Shown: piece by piece, positions 17,749 through 26,980 of the stretch
How positions within the stretch are numbered: position 1 is the first letter of the stretch
Layout of the letters: every line of letters begins with the position of its first letter
NCBI GenBank assembly: GCA_964384675.1
Contig: CAYLNK010000004.1
Span: forward strand, 1 to 62,318
DNA: 62,318 nucleotides
Source: an uncultured Holophagales bacterium
GTDB lineage: Bacteria; Acidobacteriota; Thermoanaerobaculia; UBA5066
Direction of reading: 5' to 3'
Translations under genes and position numbers: made by a program
The notes under the pieces: generated by a model
What the model was told of the DNA's origin: nothing
Databases searched by the model: none
What the model saw: the letters and a program-made list of their open reading frames with translations, nothing else

Positions 17749-20700
17749 TCAGGGCGGCCCGGGAGGCGTGAACGGAAGGACCAGGGGGTTCGCCGACTCC
17801 TGGTCGATCACGGTGGCGAGGCCGACGACGCGGCCCTCGCCGCCGGCCGCCTCGAGAAGGAGCGTCAGCCGGTCGAGGCGGAGATCCTCCCGCCGGAATG
17901 CCCGCGCGAAGACGTCGTTCACCTGGGTGCGCTGCCACGGCTCGAGCGTCCACGTCGCCTCGCCGAGCCGGTTCCCGAGCGCGTCGCGGAGAGCGGCGCG
18001 CACCGTCGCGGTCTTCCCCGAGACCTCGGTCAGGACCAGGTTCGTGCGGGAGCGCGGCCCCGACTCGAGGCCGATCGCGAGGGCGAGCGGCGTGGCGCCC
18101 ACACCCGTCGCACCCACACCCACCGCCTCCGGCGAGCGCGCGTGGAACGCGGCGAGGTCGGCCCCCTTCGCCCCGCGGGACGGGTCGAGCGGGTCGGCTG
18201 GAGTCGACACCACGGCGCGGACGGCGATCGCGCCCGTCTCCCCCTCGACCCGCAGCGGGCCCACGGTGGCTGAATCGGCGGGAAGGCCGAAGAGCCAGAC
18301 GATCGCGTCGCGGCCGCGTGCGACGGGGAGCGAGCCGCGGGCCGGCAGCGTGACGTCCGCGGCAGTCTCCCGCTCCGGGCCGCCGTCCGGGCTCGAGTAC
18401 CGGTAGACGAGTCGGAGGCGCGCGGGCACCTCGGCCCCGTTCGCGATCGCGAGGTCTGTGGTGAAGAACGTTCCCCGTGCTCCTGGCGCATGGACGATCG
18501 ACGGGACGACGAGCGGTAGGCCCGCGCCCGGCGTCCCGATCGGGACACCGGGAAGGGCCTGGAAGCTGCCTGAGCGATCGTCGATCCGCGTCGCGAGGAC
18601 GGCCGCGCGCCCGTGGCCCGAGACCGGCTCGACGCGCAGGCTGCCGTCGACGTCGCTCCACGGCAGCGGGAGCTGCGCCTGTCCGGCCGGCGGGACGTCG
18701 ACCTCCACGGAGCCTCGGTCACCGCCTTCGGCGTCGAGCATCCGGAGCCTCACGCGCGCCGAGGCGCCTGCGGTCTCGGCCAGGATGACGTTGACGCGGG
18801 TGCGCGCGTCGCTCCTCACGCCGGCCACGACGAGGGGCGGGGCTCCCTCCCCGGTGCCCGCGCCCGTCGAGACGATCGGGACCGCGGTGGCGTAGCCGGT
18901 CGATGGACCGCCCGGCGGCAGGCCCGCGGTGACGCTTCGCAGAGAGAGGACGCCCGCCGCGGCGACGGAGGAGCCGGCCGCGTCCGCGGGGGGCGGAGCG
19001 CTCCCGCCGACGAAGGCCGCGGGGGAGCGCACCTCGAGAAGGCCGGCGAGGTCGGAGGTGCCGAAGCTCTCGGCCACCACATCGCGCAGAGAGAGCGTCC
19101 GGAAGGCGGGCACGGTGACGGTGGCGCGCCGCGCGGCGATCCTCCCGTCCGTGCCGGGTGGCGTGAGGAAGAGCTCGAGCGAGGTCGGGTCGGGGCTCGA
19201 GCTCGTCACGAAGAGGTCGCTCACGAACGTGGCGCCGAGCCCCTCCTTGTGGACGACGCTCGGCACCACGAACGCCGTCTCGTCGCGTGCCGTCGCGCCG
19301 TGGCCCACGACGGTGACACCGTCGCGCGGGGCGCGCGCGCGGATCTCCAGCGAGGCGCGGTCCTCCGGCCCACCTCCGGCCGCGGAGAGCGTCAGCACCG
19401 CGCTCGACGGCAGCGGGTAGTCGGCGGCTTCGAAGCGGGCGCCGTCGACGCGGACCGGGAGGAGCCGCGCTTCACCGGGGAGGAGCGGCTCTCCGAGGAC
19501 GCTCCACTCCGCGTCGAGCCAGGAGGCGCCGGGCCCGAGGCTCGGGACGACGGTGAGCGGCGCCGTGCCGGCGTTCCTGACCGTGACGGCGCCCGAGGTC
19601 CCGGCGTCGAGCGCGATCGACGGCGCGTCGAAGCGGGGCCGGCCCCCGGCGGCCAGGCTCGCGACCGAGAGGAAGATCGGGACCGAGGTCGAGTCGAACG
19701 ACGACTCGACGACGAGGCGGTCGGCGCGGAGGCCGGACGAGGCGGTCGTTCCGGGGCGCGCCGTGAGGAGGACGTTGACGGACGCGCCCGGCTCGATCGT
19801 GGCCGCGCGCGACGCGAGGTCGAAGGCGCCCTTCTCCAGCCGCAGCGCGACCTTCAGCGTGGAGCCTCCGGTGTTCTCGACGCGGACCGGCAGCGGCGGA
19901 GGCGTCGTGCCCGGCGCCGCGTTCCACGGCGTCGCCGGCAGCGACAGGAGGAGGCCAGGGAGAGGCGTCACGACGTCGATCGTCGACGGCTCGCCGAACG
20001 GCCCCGATCCGCACCCCGTGACGCCCGCGGCACGGACGAAGAGGCTCCCGGGCCTCGCGCCGGACGGGAAGGCGACGGCGCGTCGCGGGCCCGTGGTGTC
20101 GAGGAGGAGAGAACCCGGAGCGAAGTCGAGGCTCGTGGCGACCTGTAGGCGGTAGCGGCCGCTCGCGTCCCGGCCGAAGAGGTCGGAGGCGAGCACCGGC
20201 ACCGGACGCCCCGCTGGGATGTCGCCGCCGGGCGCCGAGAGGTGAGGGGGTGCCCCCGTGCAGGGCGCGTCGACGGGGAGGACGTCGACCGACCCGAGTT
20301 CCGTGTAGAGGCGCCCCGGACGTGTCGGCGTGAGCGTGAGGGTGAAGGCCACGAGAGACTCGCCCGAGCGGACGGCGGGTGTCCGCACCGAGCAGATGAC
20401 GTAACCCTGTCGAAAGGGCTCGCACGAGTCCGGTGGCGGCTCCAGCCTGGCATCCGACGGCAGAAAGAGGCGTCTGGCGTCGGGGGGAGCGTCCACCGAT
20501 CCCTGGTTCCAGATCCGGAGCGTCAGGACGACGGTCTCGCCGGCTCGAACAGGGTCCGGCGTGGCGCGTGTCTGGTAGGTGAGGCGGGGGCCGGAGAAGA
20601 CGTACGCGGGCTCCGCCGTCGCCGAGTCGTCGTCCGGTTCGGGGTCGGCGCCATCGCTCTCGACCCTCACCCAGGCGGACGTCGGAGACTCCGTGGCGAA

Positions 20701-23220
20701 CGTGACCGTGACGGCGGCCCCTTCGGGGAGCGTCCCGAGCTCACACGCTTCGGTGACGCAGCGCCCGGTGCTCGAGATGACCGGGACGTCGGGACTGACG
20801 GTGCGCAGGAGCCTCACGTTCGCGGCCACGCCAGGGCCGAGGTTCCGCACCGTGGCGTCGAAGACCACCGGACCCTGGTTCGGAGGGGTCGTGCTCTGGA
20901 ACCGGCCCGCGAGCGACACGCTCAGGTTCGCGCGGCTCGGGGTGCGGGTGATCCGTGCGGCCGTGGAGCTCGCGGTACCGCAATCGTCCTGAATGCCCAC
21001 CCAGTACGGCGAGGACGGCTGGTCGCCGGCGACGACGAGCGTCGGTCCCGTCGCGCCCGGCACGGGCCGCGAGACGTCTCCGGTCTCTCCGCGGAACCAC
21101 TGGAAGCGCAGTGCGCCCGTGCCGGCGCGGACGGTGACCGAGACGACAGCGTCTTCCGAGACGAGCACCGTCCGGTCGGCCGGCTGTCGCGTGATCGTCG
21201 GGCCAGCGCACGGCCCCCCGGCCGACGGCGGAACGACGATCCGGAGCCGGCCGTTGTCGCGGTCCGCGATCATCAGCTCACCGCCGGGGCCGAGGCCGAG
21301 CGCGCTCGGCGACGAAAGCCGCGCGGCGGTCGCGAGGCCGCCGTCGCCGGAGAAACCAGGCTGGAGGCGCGGCTCGCTGCCGGCCAGGGTCTCCTGCGCA
21401 CCGGTGGTGAGGTCGATCCGCCGGATACGGTGGCCATCCGCGACGAGAATCCCGCCGGTCCCGTCGGGCTGGAAGACCCCGCGCGGCGCCAGGAGCTCCT
21501 GGTCGAGGGTCGATTGTCTGGTGGCGTCCCCGACGAGCGTCTCGAGCCGCCCCTCGCGGACACGCCTCAGGAAGGCGAGGCCCCCTCGCGTGTCCGGTTC
21601 GTCGTGCCGTGTTCCCTCTGCGAGGATCAGATTCCCGGCTCGGTCGAATCCGATGCCCTGGATGCAGCCGAGCTCGACGTTCGTGGCCACCTCTCCGTCG
21701 CCGCCGCCAGCGACGTCGCAGAAGTCGTACTCGGGCGGAACGGTGCCTACACCCTGGGTGCTGCCGGCCACGTACCGGAACACGCCGTCGGGGTCGAGCC
21801 TCTTGATCCTCTTGTTGTCCACGAGGTGGAGCGCTCCGCCCGGATCGAAGGCCATGAGGCTCGTCTTCACGCCGGCGATGGTCCGAAAGAGCCCCGTGAC
21901 CGCGTCGACCCGGAACAGACGCGCGTTCGTGACGTCGTCGACGAAGATGTTGCCGCTCCGGTCGACCGCGAGGGCGGAGGGAGAGAAGGACGCGCTCAAC
22001 GCGGGGACGTTCTCCTGTCCGTCCCACGTCGGCTTGCCGGTGCCGGCCACGGTGGTGACGCGGCCGTCCTTGACCTTCAGGATCCGGGAGTGGCCGCCAT
22101 CGGCGACGAGCCATCCGCCGTCGACGTCCTGGGCGAACCCGGAGATCCGGCCGAAGACGGCTTCGAGCGCGGGGCCGTCCGGAAGGGGGACCCGCCCACC
22201 GGCCATGCGCTCCGGCACCGTCGTGCCGGCTCGATAGACGACGATCTGATTCCGCTCGTCGGGGTAGTACGTCATGTAGACGTCCTGGGTCTCCAGGAGG
22301 TAGACGCGCCCGTCGTCGTCGGCGGCCATCCAGCGCCCGGGCTTGTAGGCGAGGGGCCGCTCGAAGTGCGTTCGGATCTCGCGGGTGAGAAGGTCGATGC
22401 GCAGACACTTCGTACCGGACATCGCGTACAGGAACCGGCTGGACGGGTCGATCGCGACGGGGCCCGGTCCGTCCAGCGTGGCGAATACAGTGAGCGTCCC
22501 CGAGGGGTCCACCTTGCGGATCTCGTACTTTGGGACGCCGGAGGAGTACCAGGCGACAGGGGCGTACAGGTTGCCGAAGTCGTCGGCGCCGACGCTGCCG
22601 GCGAGGAACTCGCCAGATCGGAGGGCATCGACGCTCCGGATCCTCCCGTCTCCTCGCGAGACGCGCTGCACGATCACGCTTGCGTAGATCCCCTGGCCGG
22701 CGACGAGGAGGTCGCCGTTCCCCGCGACGGCGATCTGGGACGGTCGAAACAGCAGCGCCGCGGTCGCCGGGCCGCCCACTCCCTGACGATCCGCCGGATG
22801 CCCTCCGCCGGCGACCGTGGAGATCACTCCGGTCGCGGCGTCGATCCTGCGGATGCGGTTGCTATCGGTGTCGCTGACGAAGAGGTTGCCGTCGCGGTCC
22901 ACCGCCACCGCGCTGGGGGCTCGCAGGGTCGCGTCCCGGGCGGGTCCGCCGTCGCCCGCGAAGCCGTAGCCCCCGTTCCCTGCCACCACGCGGAGCGCGC
23001 CGGTGTCGTCGATGCGGTAGACGCGGTTCAGCCGGCGATCGGCGAAATACACCGTCGAGCCGCGAACGGCGATCCCGGCGGGGGACTCGAGTCCGACGGC
23101 GAGCGCCGTCCGTCCTTCGAGGCTGCCACCCCCCGCGAGCGTGTCGATCCGCTGGGCGTGGACAGGAAGGGAGAGGCCCGTGGCGAGGAGCGCCACGAGA
23201 GGCGTCGGCCGGAAGCGCAT
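17749..23220 (-). CDS. Large secreted surface protein (~1823 aa): NHL-repeat propellers + Ig-like + two DUF11-like domains + tandem C-terminal beta-sandwich units
   Basis: ATG at 23220 gives signal MRFRPTPLVALLATGLSLPVHA (the track's 24273 start overlaps the neighbouring gene). NHL repeats (VVAGNGGYGFAGDGGPA, PSAVAVDRDGNLFVSD), ITRQPADRTV..YWV Ig domain, VRNLGPGVAANV (DUF11-like). Confidence 0.85.
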   Translation of the reverse strand: MRFRPTPLVALLATGLSLPVHAQRIDTLAGGGSLEGRTALAVGLESPAGIAVRGSTVYFADRRLNRVYRIDDTGALRVVAGNGGYGFAGDGGPARDATLRAPSAVAVDRDGNLFVSDTDSNRIRRIDAATGVISTVAGGGHPADRQGVGGPATAALLFRPSQIAVAGNGDLLVAGQGIYASVIVQRVSRGDGRIRSVDALRSGEFLAGSVGADDFGNLYAPVAWYSSGVPKYEIRKVDPSGTLTVFATLDGPGPVAIDPSSRFLYAMSGTKCLRIDLLTREIRTHFERPLAYKPGRWMAADDDGRVYLLETQDVYMTYYPDERNQIVVYRAGTTVPERMAGGRVPLPDGPALEAVFGRISGFAQDVDGGWLVADGGHSRILKVKDGRVTTVAGTGKPTWDGQENVPALSASFSPSALAVDRSGNIFVDDVTNARLFRVDAVTGLFRTIAGVKTSLMAFDPGGALHLVDNKRIKRLDPDGVFRYVAGSTQGVGTVPPEYDFCDVAGGGDGEVATNVELGCIQGIGFDRAGNLILAEGTRHDEPDTRGGLAFLRRVREGRLETLVGDATRQSTLDQELLAPRGVFQPDGTGGILVADGHRIRRIDLTTGAQETLAGSEPRLQPGFSGDGGLATAARLSSPSALGLGPGGELMIADRDNGRLRIVVPPSAGGPCAGPTITRQPADRTVLVSEDAVVSVTVRAGTGALRFQWFRGETGDVSRPVPGATGPTLVVAGDQPSSPYWVGIQDDCGTASSTAARITRTPSRANLSVSLAGRFQSTTPPNQGPVVFDATVRNLGPGVAANVRLLRTVSPDVPVISSTGRCVTEACELGTLPEGAAVTVTFATESPTSAWVRVESDGADPEPDDDSATAEPAYVFSGPRLTYQTRATPDPVRAGETVVLTLRIWNQGSVDAPPDARRLFLPSDARLEPPPDSCEPFRQGYVICSVRTPAVRSGESLVAFTLTLTPTRPGRLYTELGSVDVLPVDAPCTGAPPHLSAPGGDIPAGRPVPVLASDLFGRDASGRYRLQVATSLDFAPGSLLLDTTGPRRAVAFPSGARPGSLFVRAAGVTGCGSGPFGEPSTIDVVTPLPGLLLSLPATPWNAAPGTTPPPLPVRVENTGGSTLKVALRLEKGAFDLASRAATIEPGASVNVLLTARPGTTASSGLRADRLVVESSFDSTSVPIFLSVASLAAGGRPRFDAPSIALDAGTSGAVTVRNAGTAPLTVVPSLGPGASWLDAEWSVLGEPLLPGEARLLPVRVDGARFEAADYPLPSSAVLTLSAAGGGPEDRASLEIRARAPRDGVTVVGHGATARDETAFVVPSVVHKEGLGATFVSDLFVTSSSPDPTSLELFLTPPGTDGRIAARRATVTVPAFRTLSLRDVVAESFGTSDLAGLLEVRSPAAFVGGSAPPPADAAGSSVAAAGVLSLRSVTAGLPPGGPSTGYATAVPIVSTGAGTGEGAPPLVVAGVRSDARTRVNVILAETAGASARVRLRMLDAEGGDRGSVEVDVPPAGQAQLPLPWSDVDGSLRVEPVSGHGRAAVLATRIDDRSGSFQALPGVPIGTPGAGLPLVVPSIVHAPGARGTFFTTDLAIANGAEVPARLRLVYRYSSPDGGPERETAADVTLPARGSLPVARGRDAIVWLFGLPADSATVGPLRVEGETGAIAVRAVVSTPADPLDPSRGAKGADLAAFHARSPEAVGVGATGVGATPLALAIGLESGPRSRTNLVLTEVSGKTATVRAALRDALGNRLGEATWTLEPWQRTQVNDVFARAFRREDLRLDRLTLLLEAAGGEGRVVGLATVIDQESANPLVLPFTPPGPP

Positions 23221-23261
23221 CGAAGGAGAGTGTCGCGGCGGGACGCCGCCTTTCGTGCGCT

Positions 23262-24593
23262 TCAGCGCTTCGGGCGTCGAGGGCGCGAACGCCTCCCCGC
23301 CGGGCGGCTCCGCAGGGTCCCCTTCGTCCTGGCCGGCTTCGTCGCCGCCGGCTCGCGCGAGATCGCGTCCCACGGCATGGCGTGGTCGTTCTCGGAGAGC
23401 GGGAGCATCGACTCGCACGGCGCGACGACGAGACCCTTCGCGATCCTGAGGCGCGGGTACGTCTTGCGGAACGCGGTGATTCCGGACGTGTCGCCGCGGG
23501 TCGGCCGGCTCGCCGCCTTCACCTCGATCGGGTAGAAGACCCCGTCCCGCTCCAAGAGGAGGTCCACCTCGGCGCCACCCGCCGACCGCCAGTGGTGGAG
23601 GATCGGACGTGGCGACATGAGGGAGATCGCCTTCCTCACCTCGCCGAAGACCGCCGTCTCGAAGAGGGCCCCCCACGCGGGGTGGCTCGACACGGCGTTC
23701 GGCGTGGAGATCGCGAGCGACCAGCAGGCCATGCCGGTGTCGCTCACGTAGCCCTTGGCCTTGCCCGCGACCCGCTTCACCGTGTTGCCGGAGTACGCCG
23801 GGATCTCGTGCCACTGGAACGTCGCCATGAGGATGTCGAGCCATCGCTGCGCGGTCTGCGGCGTCACCCCGATCTCCCGGCCGAGCTGCGAGCGGTTCAC
23901 CTCCTGGGCCGTGAGGGCCGCCGCCAGCCGGACGAAGCGTCCGAATTGCTGCCAGTCGGAAACGTCCGCGAGGAGCCGCGCGTCGCGCTCGACGTAGGTC
24001 CGCTGATACGCCATCTGGAAATCGGGAATCGTGGCGAGAGGGAGGAACTCGGCCTCGGGCATCGAGCCGCGCCACAGACGTTCGAAGAGAGAGCGTTGGC
24101 TCGGCAGGCGCGACAGCCCGAGCCGCACGACGTCCTCCGGCGAGTCGAGCCACGCGGCGAGCCAGTGACGGGCGTCGAGCGTTCCGGTCGCCTCCATCAG
24201 GGAGAAGCCTTCGAGATCGAGGAAGGCGACACGGCCGGCGAGGCTCTCGGCGATCGACCGGAGCACCCCCCACTGCTGGGAGCCGGTGAGCACGTACTGG
24301 CCCGGGCTCCGGTTCCGGTCGATCCGCCGCTTGAGCGACGGGAGGAGCTCGGGAGCGTACTGGATCTCGTCGAGGACGAGGGGGGGCCTGTGGCTGTCGA
24401 GGAACAGCTCGGGATCCCGCCGCGCGTTCTCGACGTCGACGACGGGGTCGAAGACGACGACGTCGGCTCTCCCCTCGAAGAAGTGCGCGAGGAGCGTGCT
24501 CTTCCCGACCTGCCTGGCTCCCGTGACGACCACGGCGGGAAAGGTCGACAGGAGCTCCCCGAGACGTGAGGACGCGACCCTGGCGCGAAACAT
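23262..24593 (-). CDS. AAA_14 + DUF4143 family ATP-binding protein
   Basis: Walker A TGARQVGKST, Walker B LVLDEIQ, LTGSQQ, ESLAGR, C-terminal EVDLLLE..PIEVKA (PD-(D/E)xK-like). Alternative ATG at 24602. Confidence 0.9.
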   Translation of the reverse strand: MFRARVASSRLGELLSTFPAVVVTGARQVGKSTLLAHFFEGRADVVVFDPVVDVENARRDPELFLDSHRPPLVLDEIQYAPELLPSLKRRIDRNRSPGQYVLTGSQQWGVLRSIAESLAGRVAFLDLEGFSLMEATGTLDARHWLAAWLDSPEDVVRLGLSRLPSQRSLFERLWRGSMPEAEFLPLATIPDFQMAYQRTYVERDARLLADVSDWQQFGRFVRLAAALTAQEVNRSQLGREIGVTPQTAQRWLDILMATFQWHEIPAYSGNTVKRVAGKAKGYVSDTGMACWSLAISTPNAVSSHPAWGALFETAVFGEVRKAISLMSPRPILHHWRSAGGAEVDLLLERDGVFYPIEVKAASRPTRGDTSGITAFRKTYPRLRIAKGLVVAPCESMLPLSENDHAMPWDAISREPAATKPARTKGTLRSRPAGRRSRPRRPKR

Positions 24594-24594
24594 A

Positions 24595-24631
24595 TCTTGC
24601 ATTTTGATGATGCCATCATCATTTCGCAAGA
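24595..24631. promoter_or_regulatory. AT-rich imperfect palindrome, candidate operator in divergent promoter region
   Basis: TCTTGC-N4-TGATGATG-C-CATCATCA-N4-GCAAGA centred on 24613. Confidence 0.55.
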
Positions 24632-24669
24632 GATTCGTCCGGCTCTGGCAGGATGAGACGATCCGGTGC

Positions 24670-25074
24670 ATGGCGCGAGAGCGGATCACGGTGCCCACGA
24701 CCACGCACGAGCGGATCTACGCCGCCGTCCGCGCCATCCCGCGCGGGAAGGTCGCGACGTACGGGCAGGTGGCGGACCTCGCCGGCCTCCCGGGCCACGC
24801 GCGGCTCGTCGGCTACGCGCTCCACGCGCTGCCCGACGGCTTCGACGTGCCGTGGCAGCGGGTGCTGAACGCGCGGGGCGAGGTGAGCCCGCGGGTGATC
24901 CCCGGCGCCGACGGCCATCAGCGGGCCGTGCTGGAACGCGAAGGCGTCGTCTTCGACGGGAAGGGGCGCGTCGACCTCGAACGCTGCCGCTGGGAGGGCC
25001 CGGGGCGGCCGCGACGGCCTGCGCGACCGTCCCGCTCCTCGGGCTCGTCCCGTCCGGCCCGCCCTCGGCGGTAA
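24670..25074 (+). CDS. Alkyltransferase-like protein (ATL, YbaZ-type MGMT DNA-binding domain)
   Basis: IPRGKVATYGQVA..ARLVGYAL..VPWQRVLNARG. Trp occupies the position of the catalytic Cys of PCHRV, the ATL signature. Confidence 0.9.
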   Translation: MARERITVPTTTHERIYAAVRAIPRGKVATYGQVADLAGLPGHARLVGYALHALPDGFDVPWQRVLNARGEVSPRVIPGADGHQRAVLEREGVVFDGKGRVDLERCRWEGPGRPRRPARPSRSSGSSRPARPRR

Positions 25075-25121
25075 GCTCGCCGCTCCGTGACGATCGCCGC
25101 GCCCCTCCGGGAGTGCCCCCG

Positions 25122-25934
25122 GTGAGCCCGTGGAAGGCTCGCGTCCTGACGCCGCTCCAGACCGTGCTGACGGCCGTCCTCTTCGCCGAGGTGTCGATCC
25201 TTCTCGGCCTCGCGGCGTATCCCGCCGCCGCTCTGTGGCTCGCCGTGGCGTCGCGCCTCTCGCTCGCCGGCGCCCCGCGGCTCGTCGCGCTCACCGTGAC
25301 CGGGGCGGGGTGCTACTTCGTCTGGGGCGTGGCGCTGCTCGCGATCCTGCCGGTCGCGCGCTGGGTCACCTTCGCGACCGGCACGCCGGTCGGGCGCTTC
25401 GACTACGTTTCGCTCGAGGGGTGGCGCTGGGCGAGCTACAACGCGCTGACGCTCACACTGCGCTTCACGTTCATCCACTGGATCCGCCTCACGCCCCTGC
25501 TGCCGCTCTACCACCGGCTGATGGGGATGAAGATCGGCGCGCGCGTCCAGATCAACACGGCCGTCATCGCGGACCAGAACCTGATCTCGATCGGTGACGA
25601 CACCGTGATCGGCGGCGACGTGACGCTCGTCGCGCACGCGGCCGAGCGGGGGCGGCTCGTCACGGCGCCGGTGCGGATCGGGCGCGACGTCACCGTCGGC
25701 ATCATGGCCGTGATCCTGCCGGGCTGCGAGATCGGGGACGGCGCGGTGATCGCCGCGGGGACCGTGCTGATGAAGGGGACGAAGGTGGGTCCGGGAGAGA
25801 TCTGGGCCGGCGTGCCGGGAGCGCGTGTGGGGAGGAAGCGATCGGTCGCCTCGACGGCGGCGCGGCCCCGGGAGCCTCAGGCCGTGGCCGGCCCCTTGAG
25901 CTCGATCGTGTTCCCCTCCGGGTCCCGGAAGTAG
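25122..25934 (+). CDS. Membrane-anchored hexapeptide-repeat (left-handed beta-helix) acyltransferase-like protein
   Basis: N-terminal TM helices; MKIGARVQI, ISIGDDTVIGGDV, VRIGRDVTVG, CEIGDGAVIAAG, WAGVPG. Start codon uncertain (GTG 25122). Confidence 0.8.
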   Translation: MSPWKARVLTPLQTVLTAVLFAEVSILLGLAAYPAAALWLAVASRLSLAGAPRLVALTVTGAGCYFVWGVALLAILPVARWVTFATGTPVGRFDYVSLEGWRWASYNALTLTLRFTFIHWIRLTPLLPLYHRLMGMKIGARVQINTAVIADQNLISIGDDTVIGGDVTLVAHAAERGRLVTAPVRIGRDVTVGIMAVILPGCEIGDGAVIAAGTVLMKGTKVGPGEIWAGVPGARVGRKRSVASTAARPREPQAVAGPLSSIVFPSGSRK

Positions 25935-26281
25935 AGCGAGGGTCCGGTCCCTTCCGCCCCGTAGTTCCGGTACAGCTCGCCCGGGTCGATCCCGTGGGTC
26001 GCGAGGTGCGCGCGGATCGCCGCCTCGTCGAACGGATCGACGCGGAGGCAGAGGTGGTCGAGGTTGCGCCCCTCGGCCTCCGGCGCGCGGCCTCCCGCGC
26101 GCCCGAGCTCGCCGTCGACGGAGACGAGGTCGATCATCGAGGCACCGGCCCGCAGGTGGTGGAGGCCGAGCCGCGGGACGCTCCTGTCGAGCGCGCAGCC
26201 GACGACGTCGACGTAGAACCGGATCATCGAGTCGACGTCCCGGCACCGGAGGACGAGGTGGTCGAGGCGCAGGACGTTCAC
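25877..26281 (-). CDS. VOC/glyoxalase family protein
   Basis: LDHLVLRCRDVDSMIRFY ... LDHLCL ... SLYFRDPEGNTIELKG. Confidence 0.9.
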   Translation of the reverse strand: MNVLRLDHLVLRCRDVDSMIRFYVDVVGCALDRSVPRLGLHHLRAGASMIDLVSVDGELGRAGGRAPEAEGRNLDHLCLRVDPFDEAAIRAHLATHGIDPGELYRNYGAEGTGPSLYFRDPEGNTIELKGPATA

Positions 26282-26916
26282 GGGGCCGATTCTGCACGCG
26301 CCCGGGCCAGGAGGTAGCACCTCCGGCTCGGGTGCTCGACGCCCTCGTACGGCTCGCGCTCCGTCACCTCGAGGACACGCAGTCCCGCGCCCTCGAGCGC
26401 GCGCCGGACCGTCTCCACGGGGAAGAAGCGGAAGTCGAGGGAGACGGCCCGTCCGAACAGCTCCTCCCGATGCACGGTCTCGGTCCCGACGTGGAAGGCG
26501 AGGAGGAGGACGCCGCCCGGCGCCAGGACGCGCCGCCACTCGCGGAGCGCCCTCGAGAGCTCGTCGTCGGAGAGGTGCACGATCGCGTAGAAGGAGACGA
26601 CCCCGGCGAGCGAGGCGTCGGGCACGTCGAGCGCCAGCATGTCCGCCTCGCGGAAGGGTGCGCCCGGCGAGAGGGCGGCGGCCGTCGCGACCATCCCGGG
26701 CGAGAGGTCGGTGCCGGTGACGCGCACGCCGAGGTCGTGGAGGTACCGCGCCACCTGTCCGGGGCCGCAGCCCACCTCGAGCACCGCCCCCTCCCCCACC
26801 TCCTCCGCGAAGCGTCCGAGGAGATGGCGGTCGAGCGGCTTGGCGTCCAGCTCGCGGAACAGGTGCTCGGCGTAGGCCGTCGCGACGGCGTCGTAGCTCT
26901 CGCGGACGCGGGACAT
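26278..26916 (-). CDS. Class I SAM-dependent methyltransferase
   Basis: VLEVGCGPG, GTDLSPGMV, FREADML, SFYAIVH. Confidence 0.9.
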   Translation of the reverse strand: MSRVRESYDAVATAYAEHLFRELDAKPLDRHLLGRFAEEVGEGAVLEVGCGPGQVARYLHDLGVRVTGTDLSPGMVATAAALSPGAPFREADMLALDVPDASLAGVVSFYAIVHLSDDELSRALREWRRVLAPGGVLLLAFHVGTETVHREELFGRAVSLDFRFFPVETVRRALEGAGLRVLEVTEREPYEGVEHPSRRCYLLARARAESAP

Positions 26917-26980
26917 GTCCCAGGATCGCACGGAGACATGGGCGCCGGAACCGTGGCAGAGTCGCGCCAGGAGGAGATCG

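Noticed and set aside
23221-24273. Apparent N-terminal extension of the NHL protein; likewise extensions of A2M (to 6625), BtrH-like (to 31239) and VOC (to 27877)
   Set aside because: They overlap other genuine genes; internal starts give clean signal peptides or SD sites.
25877-25934. 58-nt antisense overlap of the acyltransferase and VOC 3' ends
   Set aside because: Convergent tail overlaps are routine in compact GC-rich genomes.
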